Below are positions 25,812-35,205 of a stretch of DNA of 54,362 nucleotides, piece after piece. Numbering within the stretch: position 1 is the first letter of the stretch; the number at the start of each line of letters is the position of its first letter. The DNA is taken from positions 1 to 54,362 of the IMG/VR virus record IMGVR_UViG_3300012348_000091, one strand, 5' to 3'. The position numbers and the translations under genes are program-made. The DNA comes from a virus. Its lineage: Duplodnaviria > Caudoviricetes. The notes beneath the pieces are model-generated. The model was not told the origin of the DNA, ran no database searches, and worked only from the letters and a program-made list of their open reading frames with translations.

Positions 25812-26214
25812 CCTCATTGACCTTTCCGGCAAGCCCCTCCCCAAGGTGGGTGCCGCCTCCGAACTTCCCATCGAGGAACGCGCAAGGCAGCTTCCTGAAC
25901 CGTCGGGCTATCGCCTCCTTTGTGGTATCCCGGAGATCGAGAAGACCACTGCCGGGGGCATCATCAAGGCGGATGAGACCATTCGTCATGAAGAACTGCT
26001 CGCCACGGTGCTGTTCGTTCTGAAAGTCGGCCCTGACGCCTACGCGGACGAGAAGCGCTTCCCGACCGGCCCATGGTGCAAGGAGGGGGACTTCATCCTC
26101 GTGCGCCCCCATGCCGGTTCGAGGCTCAAGATTCATGGCCGTGAGTTCCGGATCATCAATGATGATGCGGTTGAAGCTGTTGTGGAAGACCCGAGAGGCA
26201 TCTCTCGCGCCTAA
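25804..26214 (+). CDS. GroES/Cpn10-like co-chaperonin
   Basis: PSGYRLL, TAGGII, VLKVGP, KEGDFI, FRIINDD.VEAVV. Confidence 0.85.
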   Translation: MTDLIDLSGKPLPKVGAASELPIEERARQLPEPSGYRLLCGIPEIEKTTAGGIIKADETIRHEELLATVLFVLKVGPDAYADEKRFPTGPWCKEGDFILVRPHAGSRLKIHGREFRIINDDAVEAVVEDPRGISRA

Positions 26215-26247
26215 CGGGGGCGTTTCCCCGTACAAAAGGAGAAGACG

Positions 26248-27186
26248 ATGGCTACGAAGCCCGATGATGACTTCCAGTGGGAAGTTGAAGACGAAACCCC
26301 TGTTTCCGACACGCCTGAAATTGATGTTGAAGACGATACCCCCGAGGCAGACCGTGGGCGCGAGCCTATGCCGAAGGAGGTCGTTGACGAACTCGAAGCC
26401 GATGAACTCGAAGAGTACTCGGAAAAGGTCAAGCTGCGCCTCAAGCAGATGAAGAAGGTCTGGCACGACGAGCGCCGCGAGAAAGAGCGGTACCAGCGTG
26501 AGCAGAACGAAGCCCTGAGCGCTGCACAGCGCCTCCTCGAAGAGAACCGCCGCCTCAAGTCCACCCTGTCCGAGGGTGAGCAGACGCTGGTTGGTAGCTT
26601 CAAGCAGACCGCTGAGTACGAGCTTGCGCAGGCCAAACGTGAGTACAAGGACGCCTATGAAGCAGGTGACACCGACCGCGTTCTGGACGCACAGCAGAAG
26701 CTAAGCGAAGCGCAATATAAGCTCCAACAGCTTGCGGGCTATCGTCCTACTTTACAAGGTGCAGAGGACGAGGTACAACTTCCTCAACAGCAGGTCCAGA
26801 TTCCTCAGCCTGACTCCAAGACTATGGCGTGGCAAGAGCGCAATACGTGGTGGGGTACTGATCCTGAGATGACGGCATCTGCTCTTGGGCTTCACCAGAA
26901 GCTTGAGAAAGAACGTGGTCCGCAGTTTGTGGGCACCGACGAATATTGGGGCGCTATCGACACAACGATGCGCCGTCGCTTCCCTGAATACTTCGGGGAA
27001 GATAAAGCGACCGAAGGCACTGCGAAGGCTCAACGCGCCTCGAAACCTGCCAATGTAGTCGCGCCAGCTTCGCGTAGCACGTCCCCCAAAAAGATTGTGC
27101 TGAAACAGTCCCAGATCACAATCGCCAAGCGGTTGGGTCTAACCCCCGAGCAATATGCCCGGGAACTGATGAAGATGGAGCGTTGA
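26248..27186 (+). CDS. Putative scaffolding protein
   Basis: Acidic N-terminus, coiled coil, C-terminal IAKRLGLTPEQYA; lies between portal and capsid. Confidence 0.65.
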   Translation: MATKPDDDFQWEVEDETPVSDTPEIDVEDDTPEADRGREPMPKEVVDELEADELEEYSEKVKLRLKQMKKVWHDERREKERYQREQNEALSAAQRLLEENRRLKSTLSEGEQTLVGSFKQTAEYELAQAKREYKDAYEAGDTDRVLDAQQKLSEAQYKLQQLAGYRPTLQGAEDEVQLPQQQVQIPQPDSKTMAWQERNTWWGTDPEMTASALGLHQKLEKERGPQFVGTDEYWGAIDTTMRRRFPEYFGEDKATEGTAKAQRASKPANVVAPASRSTSPKKIVLKQSQITIAKRLGLTPEQYARELMKMER

Positions 27187-27188
27187 AA

Positions 27189-27638
27189 ATGGCAGAGACT
27201 AGAGTTGCACGCGAGCACGAAGATCGCACGAGTATGAGCCGCCCTGAGTCGTGGGCACCAGCCGGAGGGCTTCCTGAGCCTGAACGCCAGCCCGGATACG
27301 CCTACAGGTGGATTCGTGTCTCTGCGATGGAGCAGCAAGACGCCAAAAACGTCTCAGCCAAGTTCCGCGAGGGATGGGAGCCGGTACGGATTGAAGAGCA
27401 GCCGAAGCTCAGCTTTCTAGCCGATCCTAACAGTCGTTTTAAGGACAACATCGAAATCGGCGGGTTGCTGCTCTGCAAAATTCCGTCTGAGTTTATGGAT
27501 CAACGGCGGAACTATTTCGCCAACCAGAACCGCGCTCAGATCGACTCTGTAGACAACAACTTCATGCGTGACAGCGATCCTCGGATGCCTCTTTTCCGTG
27601 AAAAGAAGTCTTCGACGTCGTTTGGTAAAGGCAAATAG
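27189..27638 (+). CDS. Head-module protein, function unknown
   Basis: GYAYRWIR...REGWEPV...GGLLLCKIP. Confidence 0.7.
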   Translation: MAETRVAREHEDRTSMSRPESWAPAGGLPEPERQPGYAYRWIRVSAMEQQDAKNVSAKFREGWEPVRIEEQPKLSFLADPNSRFKDNIEIGGLLLCKIPSEFMDQRRNYFANQNRAQIDSVDNNFMRDSDPRMPLFREKKSSTSFGKGK

Positions 27639-27652
27639 CTAGGAGCTAGACT

Positions 27653-28270
27653 ATGGCATACCCTTCTGTTGAAAGCCCGTATGGGCTTATTCCGATCAAT
27701 CTGATCGGCGGGCAGGTATTTGCTGGTTCGACTCGCCTGCTGCCCATCGCTACCAACTCCTCGACTGCCATCTTCTATGGTGACGTCGTGCAGTTGCTGG
27801 CTGGTGGTACGCTCGGCAAGGACACCGGCACCGACACCGCTAATCCGGTTGGCGTCTTCCTTGGTTGCACCTACACCGATCCGGTGTTCGGTAAGACCTT
27901 CCGCCAGTACTACCCCGGTACCACGAACATCACCGACGTTCAGGCTTATGTCCTCGACGATCCGGATGCGCTGTTCAAGGTCGCCGTCTGCGCTGGCACC
28001 AACTCGAACACCGTCAGCTTCCTGACTCAGGCTGCTGTCGGCTCGAACGTCAAACTGGCCAACGGCGCGAACAACGTCGGTTCGACCATCACGGGTAACT
28101 CGAAGGTCGGTGTTGATTCGACCGAGGGCACTACCTCGACGTGGCCGATCCGCGTGGTGGACGTTGTCCCTGCAACCGCGATTGCTGGTAACCCCGGTTC
28201 TTACACCGAAGTTATCGTCAAGTGGAATCAGGGCCGTCACCAGTACCTCAACCCCACTGGCCTCGCATAA
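27653..28270 (+). CDS. Putative capsid decoration/cement protein
   Basis: Beta-rich, IFYGDVV, GVFLGC, DDPDALF; directly upstream of the capsid gene. Confidence 0.6.
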   Translation: MAYPSVESPYGLIPINLIGGQVFAGSTRLLPIATNSSTAIFYGDVVQLLAGGTLGKDTGTDTANPVGVFLGCTYTDPVFGKTFRQYYPGTTNITDVQAYVLDDPDALFKVAVCAGTNSNTVSFLTQAAVGSNVKLANGANNVGSTITGNSKVGVDSTEGTTSTWPIRVVDVVPATAIAGNPGSYTEVIVKWNQGRHQYLNPTGLA

Positions 28271-28282
28271 GGAGACTGAGAC

Positions 28283-29194
28283 ATGGCAATTTCACGCGCA
28301 CAGCTTCTCAAGGAGCTTCTGCCCGGACTGAACGCCTTGTTCGGTCTCGAATATGCTCGCTACGGCGAAGAGCACAAGGAAATCTTCGAAACGGAGACTT
28401 CTGAGCGTTCGTTCGAAGAAGAAACCAAGCTCTCGGGCTTCTCGGCTGCGCCGGTGAAGAACGAAGGTTCGGCCATCGCTTACGACAACGCGCAGGAAGT
28501 CTTCACGGCTCGCTACAACCATGAAACGATTGCCCTCGGGTTCTCGCTCACGGAAGAAGCCATCGAAGATAACCTCTACGACTCGCTGTCGTCGCGGTAC
28601 ACCAAGGCTCTGGCTCGTGCCATGGCCTACACGAAGCAGACCAAGGCTGCTGCGGTCCTGAACAATGGCTTCGACACCGACTATGCCGGTGGCGACGGAC
28701 AGCCGCTGTTCTCGAACGCTCACCCGCTGGTCTCTGGTGGCACCAACTCGAACATCCCCAGCACCCCGGCTGACCTGAACGAAACGTCGCTTGAAGCGGC
28801 TGTCATTCAGATCGCGGCGTGGACGGATGAACGTGGCCTGCTGATCGCGGCGAAGCCGCGTAAGCTGGTGGTCCCGCCGAGCCTGATGTTCGTTGCGACC
28901 CGCCTGTTGGAGACTGAACTCCGCACGGCGACCGCTGACAACGACATCAACGCTCTGAAGTCGAACGGCTCGATCCCGGAAGGTTACACCGTTAACCACT
29001 TCCTGACCGACACCGACGCGTGGTTCCTGACCACCGACGTGCCGAACGGCCTCAAGCACTTCGTGCGTTCGCCCATGCAGAACAGCATGGACGGTGACTT
29101 CGACACCGGCAACGTCCGTTATAAGGCTCGTGAGCGTTACAGCTTCGGCTGGTCTGACCCTCTGGGCATGTACGGTTCCGAAGGCGCTGCCTAA
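28283..29194 (+). CDS. Major capsid protein
   Basis: Strong RBS AAGGAG, biased codons, GGDGQPLFS.AHP, KPRKLVVPP, YKARERYSFG; followed by a terminator. Confidence 0.9.
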   Translation: MAISRAQLLKELLPGLNALFGLEYARYGEEHKEIFETETSERSFEEETKLSGFSAAPVKNEGSAIAYDNAQEVFTARYNHETIALGFSLTEEAIEDNLYDSLSSRYTKALARAMAYTKQTKAAAVLNNGFDTDYAGGDGQPLFSNAHPLVSGGTNSNIPSTPADLNETSLEAAVIQIAAWTDERGLLIAAKPRKLVVPPSLMFVATRLLETELRTATADNDINALKSNGSIPEGYTVNHFLTDTDAWFLTTDVPNGLKHFVRSPMQNSMDGDFDTGNVRYKARERYSFGWSDPLGMYGSEGAA

Positions 29195-29205
29195 GGAAAC
29201 AGGGG

Positions 29206-29242
29206 GAGGGGAAGCGGGAAACTGCTTCCCCTCTTTTCTTTT
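29206..29242 (+). terminator. Rho-independent terminator
   Basis: GAGGGGAAGCGG-GAAA-CTGCTTCCCCTC then a T-rich tract. Confidence 0.85.
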
Positions 29243-29260
29243 GGGTGCTATACCTACTTA

Positions 29261-29330
29261 CCTAGGGTTTTAGCCCGCACCGACTGACCTAGCGGACGTA
29301 GCAGAGACGGTGTGGGATTGTGCTGCTACA
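29261..29330 (+). ncRNA. Candidate pseudoknotted leader RNA
   Basis: Three interleaved complementary pairs of 5, 9 and 7 bp in a 70-nt intergenic leader. Confidence 0.45.
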
Positions 29331-29342
29331 CGGAGAAAGATA

Positions 29343-29708
29343 ATGGCTAACACCACCTTCAACGGCCCCGTTCGTTCTGAGAACGGCTTCCAGACCATCT
29401 CGATCAACCAGAGCACCGGCACTGTGACCGTTACCGGCACTTTCGGTGCCGCTACCTCGGTGACTTCTCTTGCCGCAACCGGCACGGTAACCGCGCGCAG
29501 TGCCTCGGCACTTGTCGCTGGCGGTGCAGCCGCCTTCGTCGGCACCAACACCGCCGCTGGCATGGGCGTTTATTTCGGTTCGGGCGCTCCGACCGTGGCA
29601 GCCGCCAAGGGTTCGCTCTACCTGCGTAGTGACGGTAGCTCGGCTTCGACCCGCATGTACGTCTCGGACGGTGGCACCACTTGGATCGCCGTAACGACTG
29701 CCTCGTAA
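29343..29708 (+). CDS. Putative minor capsid / head-fibre protein
   Basis: MANTTFNGPVRSENGF; G.PTVAAAKGSLYLR; Thr/Ala/Gly rich. Confidence 0.6.
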   Translation: MANTTFNGPVRSENGFQTISINQSTGTVTVTGTFGAATSVTSLAATGTVTARSASALVAGGAAAFVGTNTAAGMGVYFGSGAPTVAAAKGSLYLRSDGSSASTRMYVSDGGTTWIAVTTAS

Positions 29709-29731
29709 TAGCTCGGTAGGAGGACCCTCCT

Positions 29732-30205
29732 ATGGGTATGCAGTACGACGTCAAATCTATCCATGCCTCTACCAGCGGTCTTCTGGTTGGGTATCGCACA
29801 CGTCTGAAGGGGGCGGTTATCTTCCCCCTCGTTACCGCTACGCGGTACACGGCGTTTGTCGATAACGTCTCGGTAGCGGGGACTTACGCTCGCACCACTA
29901 CCACGGCGACGATCACCGCTGCCAACCACGGTCTCTCGACCGGGCAGTGGGCGTACCTCGACTGGGACCTCACGGACGACCCGTACCTAGTCACTGTAGT
30001 AGATGCCAACACGTTCACCGTGACGGTGCCTAACAGCGGCGCGACCAGTGGGAACGTCACGGTGTGGCCTCGGATGCTGCTTCAGGCAGACTCGCAGAAC
30101 GCTACCTCGTTCACCATTGTCATCCCCGGCGAAGGTATCTTGGCAGAGAACGGTATTCGGGTATTCCTCGAAGCCGGTGTCCATACCACGATCTTCTACG
30201 GGTGA
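29732..30205 (+). CDS. Putative virion protein
   Basis: Beta-rich, with an internal NHGLSTG...VTVVDANTFTV module. Confidence 0.6.
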   Translation: MGMQYDVKSIHASTSGLLVGYRTRLKGAVIFPLVTATRYTAFVDNVSVAGTYARTTTTATITAANHGLSTGQWAYLDWDLTDDPYLVTVVDANTFTVTVPNSGATSGNVTVWPRMLLQADSQNATSFTIVIPGEGILAENGIRVFLEAGVHTTIFYG

Positions 30206-30208
30206 CCT

Positions 30209-30946
30209 ATGCAGGCGCAAAAAAGCTATGATCTAGCCGGGAAGAGCATCTTCATTGCTCTCCCGGCCTACGACTTCAAGGTGTCCTTGAAGCTGGCCGT
30301 GTCGCTTGCCCGCTTCGCGCAGGCTGCTCCGCAGCACGGTATCGACATTCAGATCGGCAGCATCTGCGGCTGCTCGGTGGTCTCCCGCGCACGCAACCTG
30401 CTCGTGCAGGATTTGCTGGAAAGTCCGTGTGACTACCTCATGTTCATCGACAGCGACATTAACTTCGAGCCGGACGACATCCTGCGTCTCATGGCTTGGG
30501 GTAGCGACCCCAAGAAGGGTATCGTCGCTGGGGTGCCGCGCACGCGGAGCGAGACCAAGACCTACATCGCCAACCTCGAATACGACGAGAATGGCGAGTT
30601 GACCATGAACGGGATGGGTCTGGTCCGCGCTGAGCGCGTGGCCACCGCCTTCATGCTGGTGCGCCGTGAGGTCTTCGAGCAGATGATCGAGGCTCACCCC
30701 GAGTGGAAGTACTACGACAAGAAGACGGATCGCATGATCCCGTGCCTGTTCGACTTCCAACTCACCGAAGAAGGTTACATGGGTGAGGACTACCTGTTCT
30801 GCGACCGCGCCCGTGAGATTGGCTTTGAGGTCTGGGTCGATCCGTCGATCTCGCTCGGCCACATGGGCGTGCAGGAATACATGGGCGATTACGGTAGGGA
30901 CGTTCTCTACCCGATGATCGCTCCTTCGGTGAAGGATGTGGCATGA
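30209..30946 (+). CDS. GT-A fold glycosyltransferase-like protein (late copy)
   Basis: IFIALPAY, VSRARN, YLMFIDSD, TAFMLVRR, GEDYLFC, LGHMG. Confidence 0.8.
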   Translation: MQAQKSYDLAGKSIFIALPAYDFKVSLKLAVSLARFAQAAPQHGIDIQIGSICGCSVVSRARNLLVQDLLESPCDYLMFIDSDINFEPDDILRLMAWGSDPKKGIVAGVPRTRSETKTYIANLEYDENGELTMNGMGLVRAERVATAFMLVRREVFEQMIEAHPEWKYYDKKTDRMIPCLFDFQLTEEGYMGEDYLFCDRAREIGFEVWVDPSISLGHMGVQEYMGDYGRDVLYPMIAPSVKDVA

Positions 30947-31338
30947 AGAACCCTAATTTTGGCATTGGCGCTCGTAATGTTGCGGCTCTGGCCCGCGCGC
31001 GGCAGCCGCAGCAAGCAGTTCAGCAGAGGCCGGTTGCGACACAATCGGGGGGTGGGATTGGTTCATTGATGCGTCCGGGAGCGCCGCGTCCGGGAGCGCC
31101 GCGTTCGGGAACGCGGATGCCCGACTTCTCTGGTTTTGCTGCCCAGATACGTGGACTAATGCCAATGCCCGAAAACCGTGTGATGATTGGTCGTCATGGA
31201 ATGCCGTCGGCAGGTATGAAAAAGGGCGGCAAGGTCAAGGCCAAGCCAGCCAAGAAGATGGCCAAGGGCGGCTCGACCGCTTCGAAGCGTGCTGACGGCT
31301 GCGCCACCAAGGGTAAGACCAAGGGGCGGTTCGTCTAA
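30943..31338 (+). CDS. Basic low-complexity protein with KGG motifs
   Basis: MKKGGKV, MAKGGS, DGCATKGKTK. Confidence 0.6.
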   Translation: MKNPNFGIGARNVAALARARQPQQAVQQRPVATQSGGGIGSLMRPGAPRPGAPRSGTRMPDFSGFAAQIRGLMPMPENRVMIGRHGMPSAGMKKGGKVKAKPAKKMAKGGSTASKRADGCATKGKTKGRFV

Positions 31339-31598
31339 TGGCTAAGACACCAGCTTGGACCCGTAAGGCCGGGAAAAATCCGGCTGGTGGCCTCAATGCC
31401 AAGGGGCGTGCCTCTGCCAAGGCGCAGGGCATGAACCTCAAGCCACCCGTGAGCGCGAAACAGGCGAAGAAGTCGCCCAAGTCCGCTGCTCGCCGCAAGA
31501 GCTTTTGTGCGCGGATGTCGGGGATGCCCGGCCCGATGAAGGACGAGAAGGGTCGCCCCACTCGTAAGGCTTTGTCGCTTAGGAAGTGGGACTGTTAA
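31338..31598 (+). CDS. DUF6321-like basic protein
   Basis: GGLNAKGR...RRKSFCARM...LRKWDC. Confidence 0.7.
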   Translation: MAKTPAWTRKAGKNPAGGLNAKGRASAKAQGMNLKPPVSAKQAKKSPKSAARRKSFCARMSGMPGPMKDEKGRPTRKALSLRKWDC

Positions 31599-31599
31599 C

Positions 31600-31842
31600 G
31601 TGGAAATGATGGTATGGAACGTCATTCTCAGTGGTATCGTCGCGGTTCTTGGCTTCATGGTTAAGGGCAAGTTCGACGAGTTGGACAGGATCACAATACT
31701 GCTCAACAAGACCCGTGAAGAGGTCGCTCGGGATCACGTGACCCGTGCGGAGATGAATACAACCGTGAACCAGTTGGGTGATCGGTTCGACAAGGCGGTC
31801 GAACGCCTCGAAGCCAAACTCGATGATCTACGGAAAGGATAA
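31600..31842 (+). CDS. Membrane-anchored coiled-coil protein
   Basis: N-terminal transmembrane helix then heptad repeats. Confidence 0.65.
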   Translation: MEMMVWNVILSGIVAVLGFMVKGKFDELDRITILLNKTREEVARDHVTRAEMNTTVNQLGDRFDKAVERLEAKLDDLRKG

Positions 31843-31847
31843 GTATT

Positions 31848-32270
31848 ATGGCCAAGCTCCCCTCGCAAAATTATCTGGCTGAGCGGCTCCGTAAGGCTGC
31901 CGAAGGACCTGAGAACCGTTCGGCTAAATCGCTTCAGCGCGGTGCAATTGAGCGCGCCAACCGTGAACAGGCCCGTGAGGCCAACACCCCCAAGCGTGCC
32001 AAAGGAGGCGTTATGAAGAAGGCAACTAAGGCTGGTAAGGCCATGACCAAGAAGTCGGCTGACACCATGGGCCGTGCGATGGTCAAGAAGTACGCCAAGG
32101 GCGGCTCCATCGACGGCTGCGCCACCAAGGGCAAGACCAAGGCCAAGATGGTCAAGATGGCCATGGGCGGCATGATGGCCGAAGATATGGGCGGTCCCGC
32201 TATGATGAACATGCCGGGCTACAAGAAGGGTGGCAAGACGGGCTACAAGCGCGGCGGGAAAACCTGCTAA
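31848..32270 (+). CDS. Basic protein with repeated KGG motifs
   Basis: RAKGG, YAKGG, MAMGG, YKKGG, YKRGG. Confidence 0.65.
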   Translation: MAKLPSQNYLAERLRKAAEGPENRSAKSLQRGAIERANREQAREANTPKRAKGGVMKKATKAGKAMTKKSADTMGRAMVKKYAKGGSIDGCATKGKTKAKMVKMAMGGMMAEDMGGPAMMNMPGYKKGGKTGYKRGGKTC

Positions 32271-32566
32271 TGCGCCCGTCGCGCGGTATGGGCGACATGA
32301 GGGCATCGAAGATGCCGGGCAAGAAGATCGTCAAGCGTAAGGACAACCCCAATGACGTTGCGGTATACGCGAAGGGGGGTAAGGCGAAAAAGCTCGACAT
32401 CTCCAAGGCGATCAAAAAGCCCGGCGCACTCCGTGCGCAGCTTGGCACTCCTGAGGGAAAGAAAATCCCAGCAGGAAAACTAGCCAAGGCCGCTAAGGCA
32501 CCCGGCAAGCTCGGCCAGCGTGCGCGGTTCGCGCAGATGCTGAAGGGCTTCAAGAAGGGTAAGTAG
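32270..32566 (+). CDS. Basic protein
   Basis: MRPSRGMG, YAKGG, AIKKPGALR. Confidence 0.65.
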   Translation: MRPSRGMGDMRASKMPGKKIVKRKDNPNDVAVYAKGGKAKKLDISKAIKKPGALRAQLGTPEGKKIPAGKLAKAAKAPGKLGQRARFAQMLKGFKKGK

Positions 32567-32567
32567 C

Positions 32568-32756
32568 ATGATGAAGTGCCGAGGCATGGGTAAGGTTCGG
32601 AAGGGGCTGGCTAAGGGCGGCTCTACCAAGGACGCGTGCTACTCAAAGGTTAAGGCACGCTACAAGGTCTTCCCTTCCGCCTATGCCTCGGGCGCTATCG
32701 CCAAGTGCCGCAAAGTCGGCGCTAAGAACTGGGGTAACAAGAGTGGCCGTTCGTAA
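32568..32756 (+). CDS. Basic protein
   Basis: LAKGG, DACYSKVKARYKVFPSAYASG. Confidence 0.65.
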   Translation: MMKCRGMGKVRKGLAKGGSTKDACYSKVKARYKVFPSAYASGAIAKCRKVGAKNWGNKSGRS

Positions 32757-33021
32757 AACAGAGAAAGGTGCTGCCCTCAAGCGCTGGTTCCAAGAGGACT
32801 GGAAGGACGTCCGCACGGGTAAAGCCTGTGGGCGTCAAGAAGGTGAGAAGCGCGGCACTCCTTACTGTAGACCGACCAAGCGTATATCTGATAAGACACC
32901 CAAGACGTCATCGGAAATGACCGCGTCGGAGAAGCGTAAACGCATCACCCAGAAGAAGCAGTTGGGGCAGCCCGCTGGAAAGCCTAAGCGTGTAGAGGCG
33001 GCTCGGAGGAAGAAGAAATGA
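32743..33021 (+). CDS. DUF5872-like basic protein
   Basis: LKRWFQEDW...CGR...PYCRP; GTG start. Confidence 0.6.
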   Translation: MAVRKTEKGAALKRWFQEDWKDVRTGKACGRQEGEKRGTPYCRPTKRISDKTPKTSSEMTASEKRKRITQKKQLGQPAGKPKRVEAARRKKK

Positions 33022-33728
33022 CGACGAGCGGCAACACCGTATTCAACCTCAATCTGAACGAACTCGTTGAGGAGGCGTTCGAGCGTTGCGGTGCCGAGCT
33101 TCGGACCGGCTATGACTTCCGCACGGCGCGGCGCAGCCTCAATCTGCTTACCATCGAGTGGGCCAACCGGGGTATCAACCTCTGGACCATCGAGGAGGGG
33201 CAGATCGCAATGAACCAAGGGCAGATCGTCTATGACCTGCCGGTGGACACGATTGACCTGCTCGACCACGTGATCCGGACCCAGACGGGTCAGGGCCAGA
33301 CCGACATCAACATCACGCGGATCAGCGTCGATACCTACTCGACGATCCCGAACAAGAACGCTCAGGGTCGCCCCATTCAGGTGTGGATCAACCGTCAGTC
33401 AGGCGCGACCGAGCCGGTGACTGGTGTGGCCTACCCCCAGATCAACGTGTGGCCTGCCCCTGAGCAGAGCGACTACTACACCTTCGTCTACTGGCGGCTC
33501 CGGCGTATTCAGGACGCGGGCAACGGCGTCACGACGCAGGACATCCCGTTCCGCTTCCTGCCGTGCATGGTGGCTGGCCTTGCCTACCACCTGTCCAAGA
33601 AGGTGCCCGGTGCCCTTGAGCGCTCGCAGATGCTCAAGATGGAGTACGAAGAACTGTGGCAGCAGGCTGCCGATGAGGACCGCGAGAAGGCTGCGCTGCG
33701 CATCGCACCGCGCCAGATGTTCTACTAG
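33018..33728 (+). CDS. Putative head-tail adaptor
   Basis: EEAFERCG, ARRSLNLL..EWANRG, GRP, VWPAP, GLAY. Confidence 0.65.
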   Translation: MTTSGNTVFNLNLNELVEEAFERCGAELRTGYDFRTARRSLNLLTIEWANRGINLWTIEEGQIAMNQGQIVYDLPVDTIDLLDHVIRTQTGQGQTDINITRISVDTYSTIPNKNAQGRPIQVWINRQSGATEPVTGVAYPQINVWPAPEQSDYYTFVYWRLRRIQDAGNGVTTQDIPFRFLPCMVAGLAYHLSKKVPGALERSQMLKMEYEELWQQAADEDREKAALRIAPRQMFY

Positions 33729-33736
33729 GAGGTACC

Positions 33737-34177
33737 GTGCCAAACAGGTTCGCCTCTGGTAAATTTGCGATCTCGCAGTGCGACCGCTGCGGCTTCCGCT
33801 ACAAGCTCAAGCAGCTTCGGCGTCTCGTCATCAAGACGAAGAACGTCAACATCCTCGTGTGCCCCACCTGCTGGGAACCAGATCAGCCGCAGCTTCAGCT
33901 TGGTATGTACCCGGTCGATGACCCGCAGGCGCTGCGCAACCCGCGTCCGGACACGACATATTTCCAAGGCGGTCTGACTGGTCTGCGGATCGAGACCCAA
34001 GGTGAAGTGCCCAATGACAACGTGCTAGACTCCGGTACGCCGTCGGGCGGTAGCCGCGTAATCCAGTGGGGCTGGAACCCTGTCGGCCTAAACGATCCTT
34101 TGGGTTTATCTGGCCTTCCAAATACGCTATTAGCACGAGGTAGCGTAGGTGCTGTAACTGTGCAGACGGAGAACTGA
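33737..34177 (+). CDS. Protein with CxxC...CxxC
   Basis: CDRCG, CPTCWE, DPQALRNPRPD. Confidence 0.65.
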   Translation: MPNRFASGKFAISQCDRCGFRYKLKQLRRLVIKTKNVNILVCPTCWEPDQPQLQLGMYPVDDPQALRNPRPDTTYFQGGLTGLRIETQGEVPNDNVLDSGTPSGGSRVIQWGWNPVGLNDPLGLSGLPNTLLARGSVGAVTVQTEN

Positions 34178-34179
34178 CG

Positions 34180-34371
34180 ATGGACAAGAAAGACATGAAG
34201 CAGGACAAGGCCATGGTCAGCAAGGCCGTCCACAAGCATGAGAAGAACATGCACCCGGGCAAGAAGCCGACCAAGCTCGCCAAGGGCGGCAAGACCAACG
34301 CCCAGATGCTGGCCATGGGTCGCAATCTGGCGAAGATCGCCAACCAGAAAAAATCTTCGCGGGGTAAGTGA
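34180..34371 (+). CDS. Small basic protein
   Basis: KHEKNMH, LAKGG. Confidence 0.65.
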   Translation: MDKKDMKQDKAMVSKAVHKHEKNMHPGKKPTKLAKGGKTNAQMLAMGRNLAKIANQKKSSRGK

Positions 34372-34372
34372 G

Positions 34373-34522
34373 ATGAAGGTCGTCAACAAGCCGAAGGTCT
34401 ACACACAGGCCGACCTTGGTAACAACGGCTACCCGAACAAGGTTGCCAACACCCAGACGCAGAAGACCCGTGGCACGGGTGCGGCTACCAAGGGTACCGG
34501 GCACAGCAAGAAGATGGGCTGA
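34373..34522 (+). CDS. Small basic protein
   Basis: RGTGAATKG. Confidence 0.6.
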   Translation: MKVVNKPKVYTQADLGNNGYPNKVANTQTQKTRGTGAATKGTGHSKKMG

Positions 34523-35202
34523 TGAACTACGCTCAACTGTTTGAGACGATCAAGGGGTACGTCGAAAACGACTTCCCCAACACCTCGTGGACCGACTCCA
34601 CCGGTTCCGGGACGGTGACGCTTACGTCCACCGAACAGATCAACACGTTCATTCAACAGGCTGAGCAGCGCATCTTCAATACGGTCCAGCTTCTGGACCT
34701 CCGCAAAAACGTGACCGGTAACGTCACCTCCGGGAACAAGTACCTCTCGGTGCCCACCGACTGGCTCGCTAACTTCTCGCTGGCCGTGATCGACGGGGAC
34801 GGCAACTACGAGTACCTGCTCAACAAGGATGTGAACTTCATCCGGCAGGCGTACCCCAACCCGAACGATCAGGGCTTACCCTACTGCTACGCCTACTTCG
34901 ACGAGAACTCGTACATCCTCGGTCCGACCCCGGATGATGATTACGCCGTTGAGCTTCACTACTTCTACTACCCACCGTCCATCGTGACTGCGGGTACGTC
35001 GTGGTTGGGCGACAACTTTGATAGCGCGCTCCTCTACGGGTCGCTGCTGGAAGCCTACACCTTCATGAAGGGTGAGCAGGACATCATCGCTGGGTATCAG
35101 AAGCGGTACGAAGAGGCGATGGGTCTGCTCAAGCAGCTTGGCGACGGCAAGAACCGTCAGGATATGTATCGTAGCGGCCAAGTCCGCTACCCGGTGAGGT
35201 AA
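34522..35202 (+). CDS. Putative tail adaptor / tubular protein
   Basis: MNYAQL, FIQQAEQRI, GLPYCY, LGPTPD, LLYGSLLEA. Confidence 0.7.
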   Translation: MNYAQLFETIKGYVENDFPNTSWTDSTGSGTVTLTSTEQINTFIQQAEQRIFNTVQLLDLRKNVTGNVTSGNKYLSVPTDWLANFSLAVIDGDGNYEYLLNKDVNFIRQAYPNPNDQGLPYCYAYFDENSYILGPTPDDDYAVELHYFYYPPSIVTAGTSWLGDNFDSALLYGSLLEAYTFMKGEQDIIAGYQKRYEEAMGLLKQLGDGKNRQDMYRSGQVRYPVR

Positions 35203-35205
35203 GCG

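Noticed and set aside
31072-31110. 15-bp tandem repeat coding RPGAP
   Set aside because: In-frame slippage in a disordered region, with no sign of further function.
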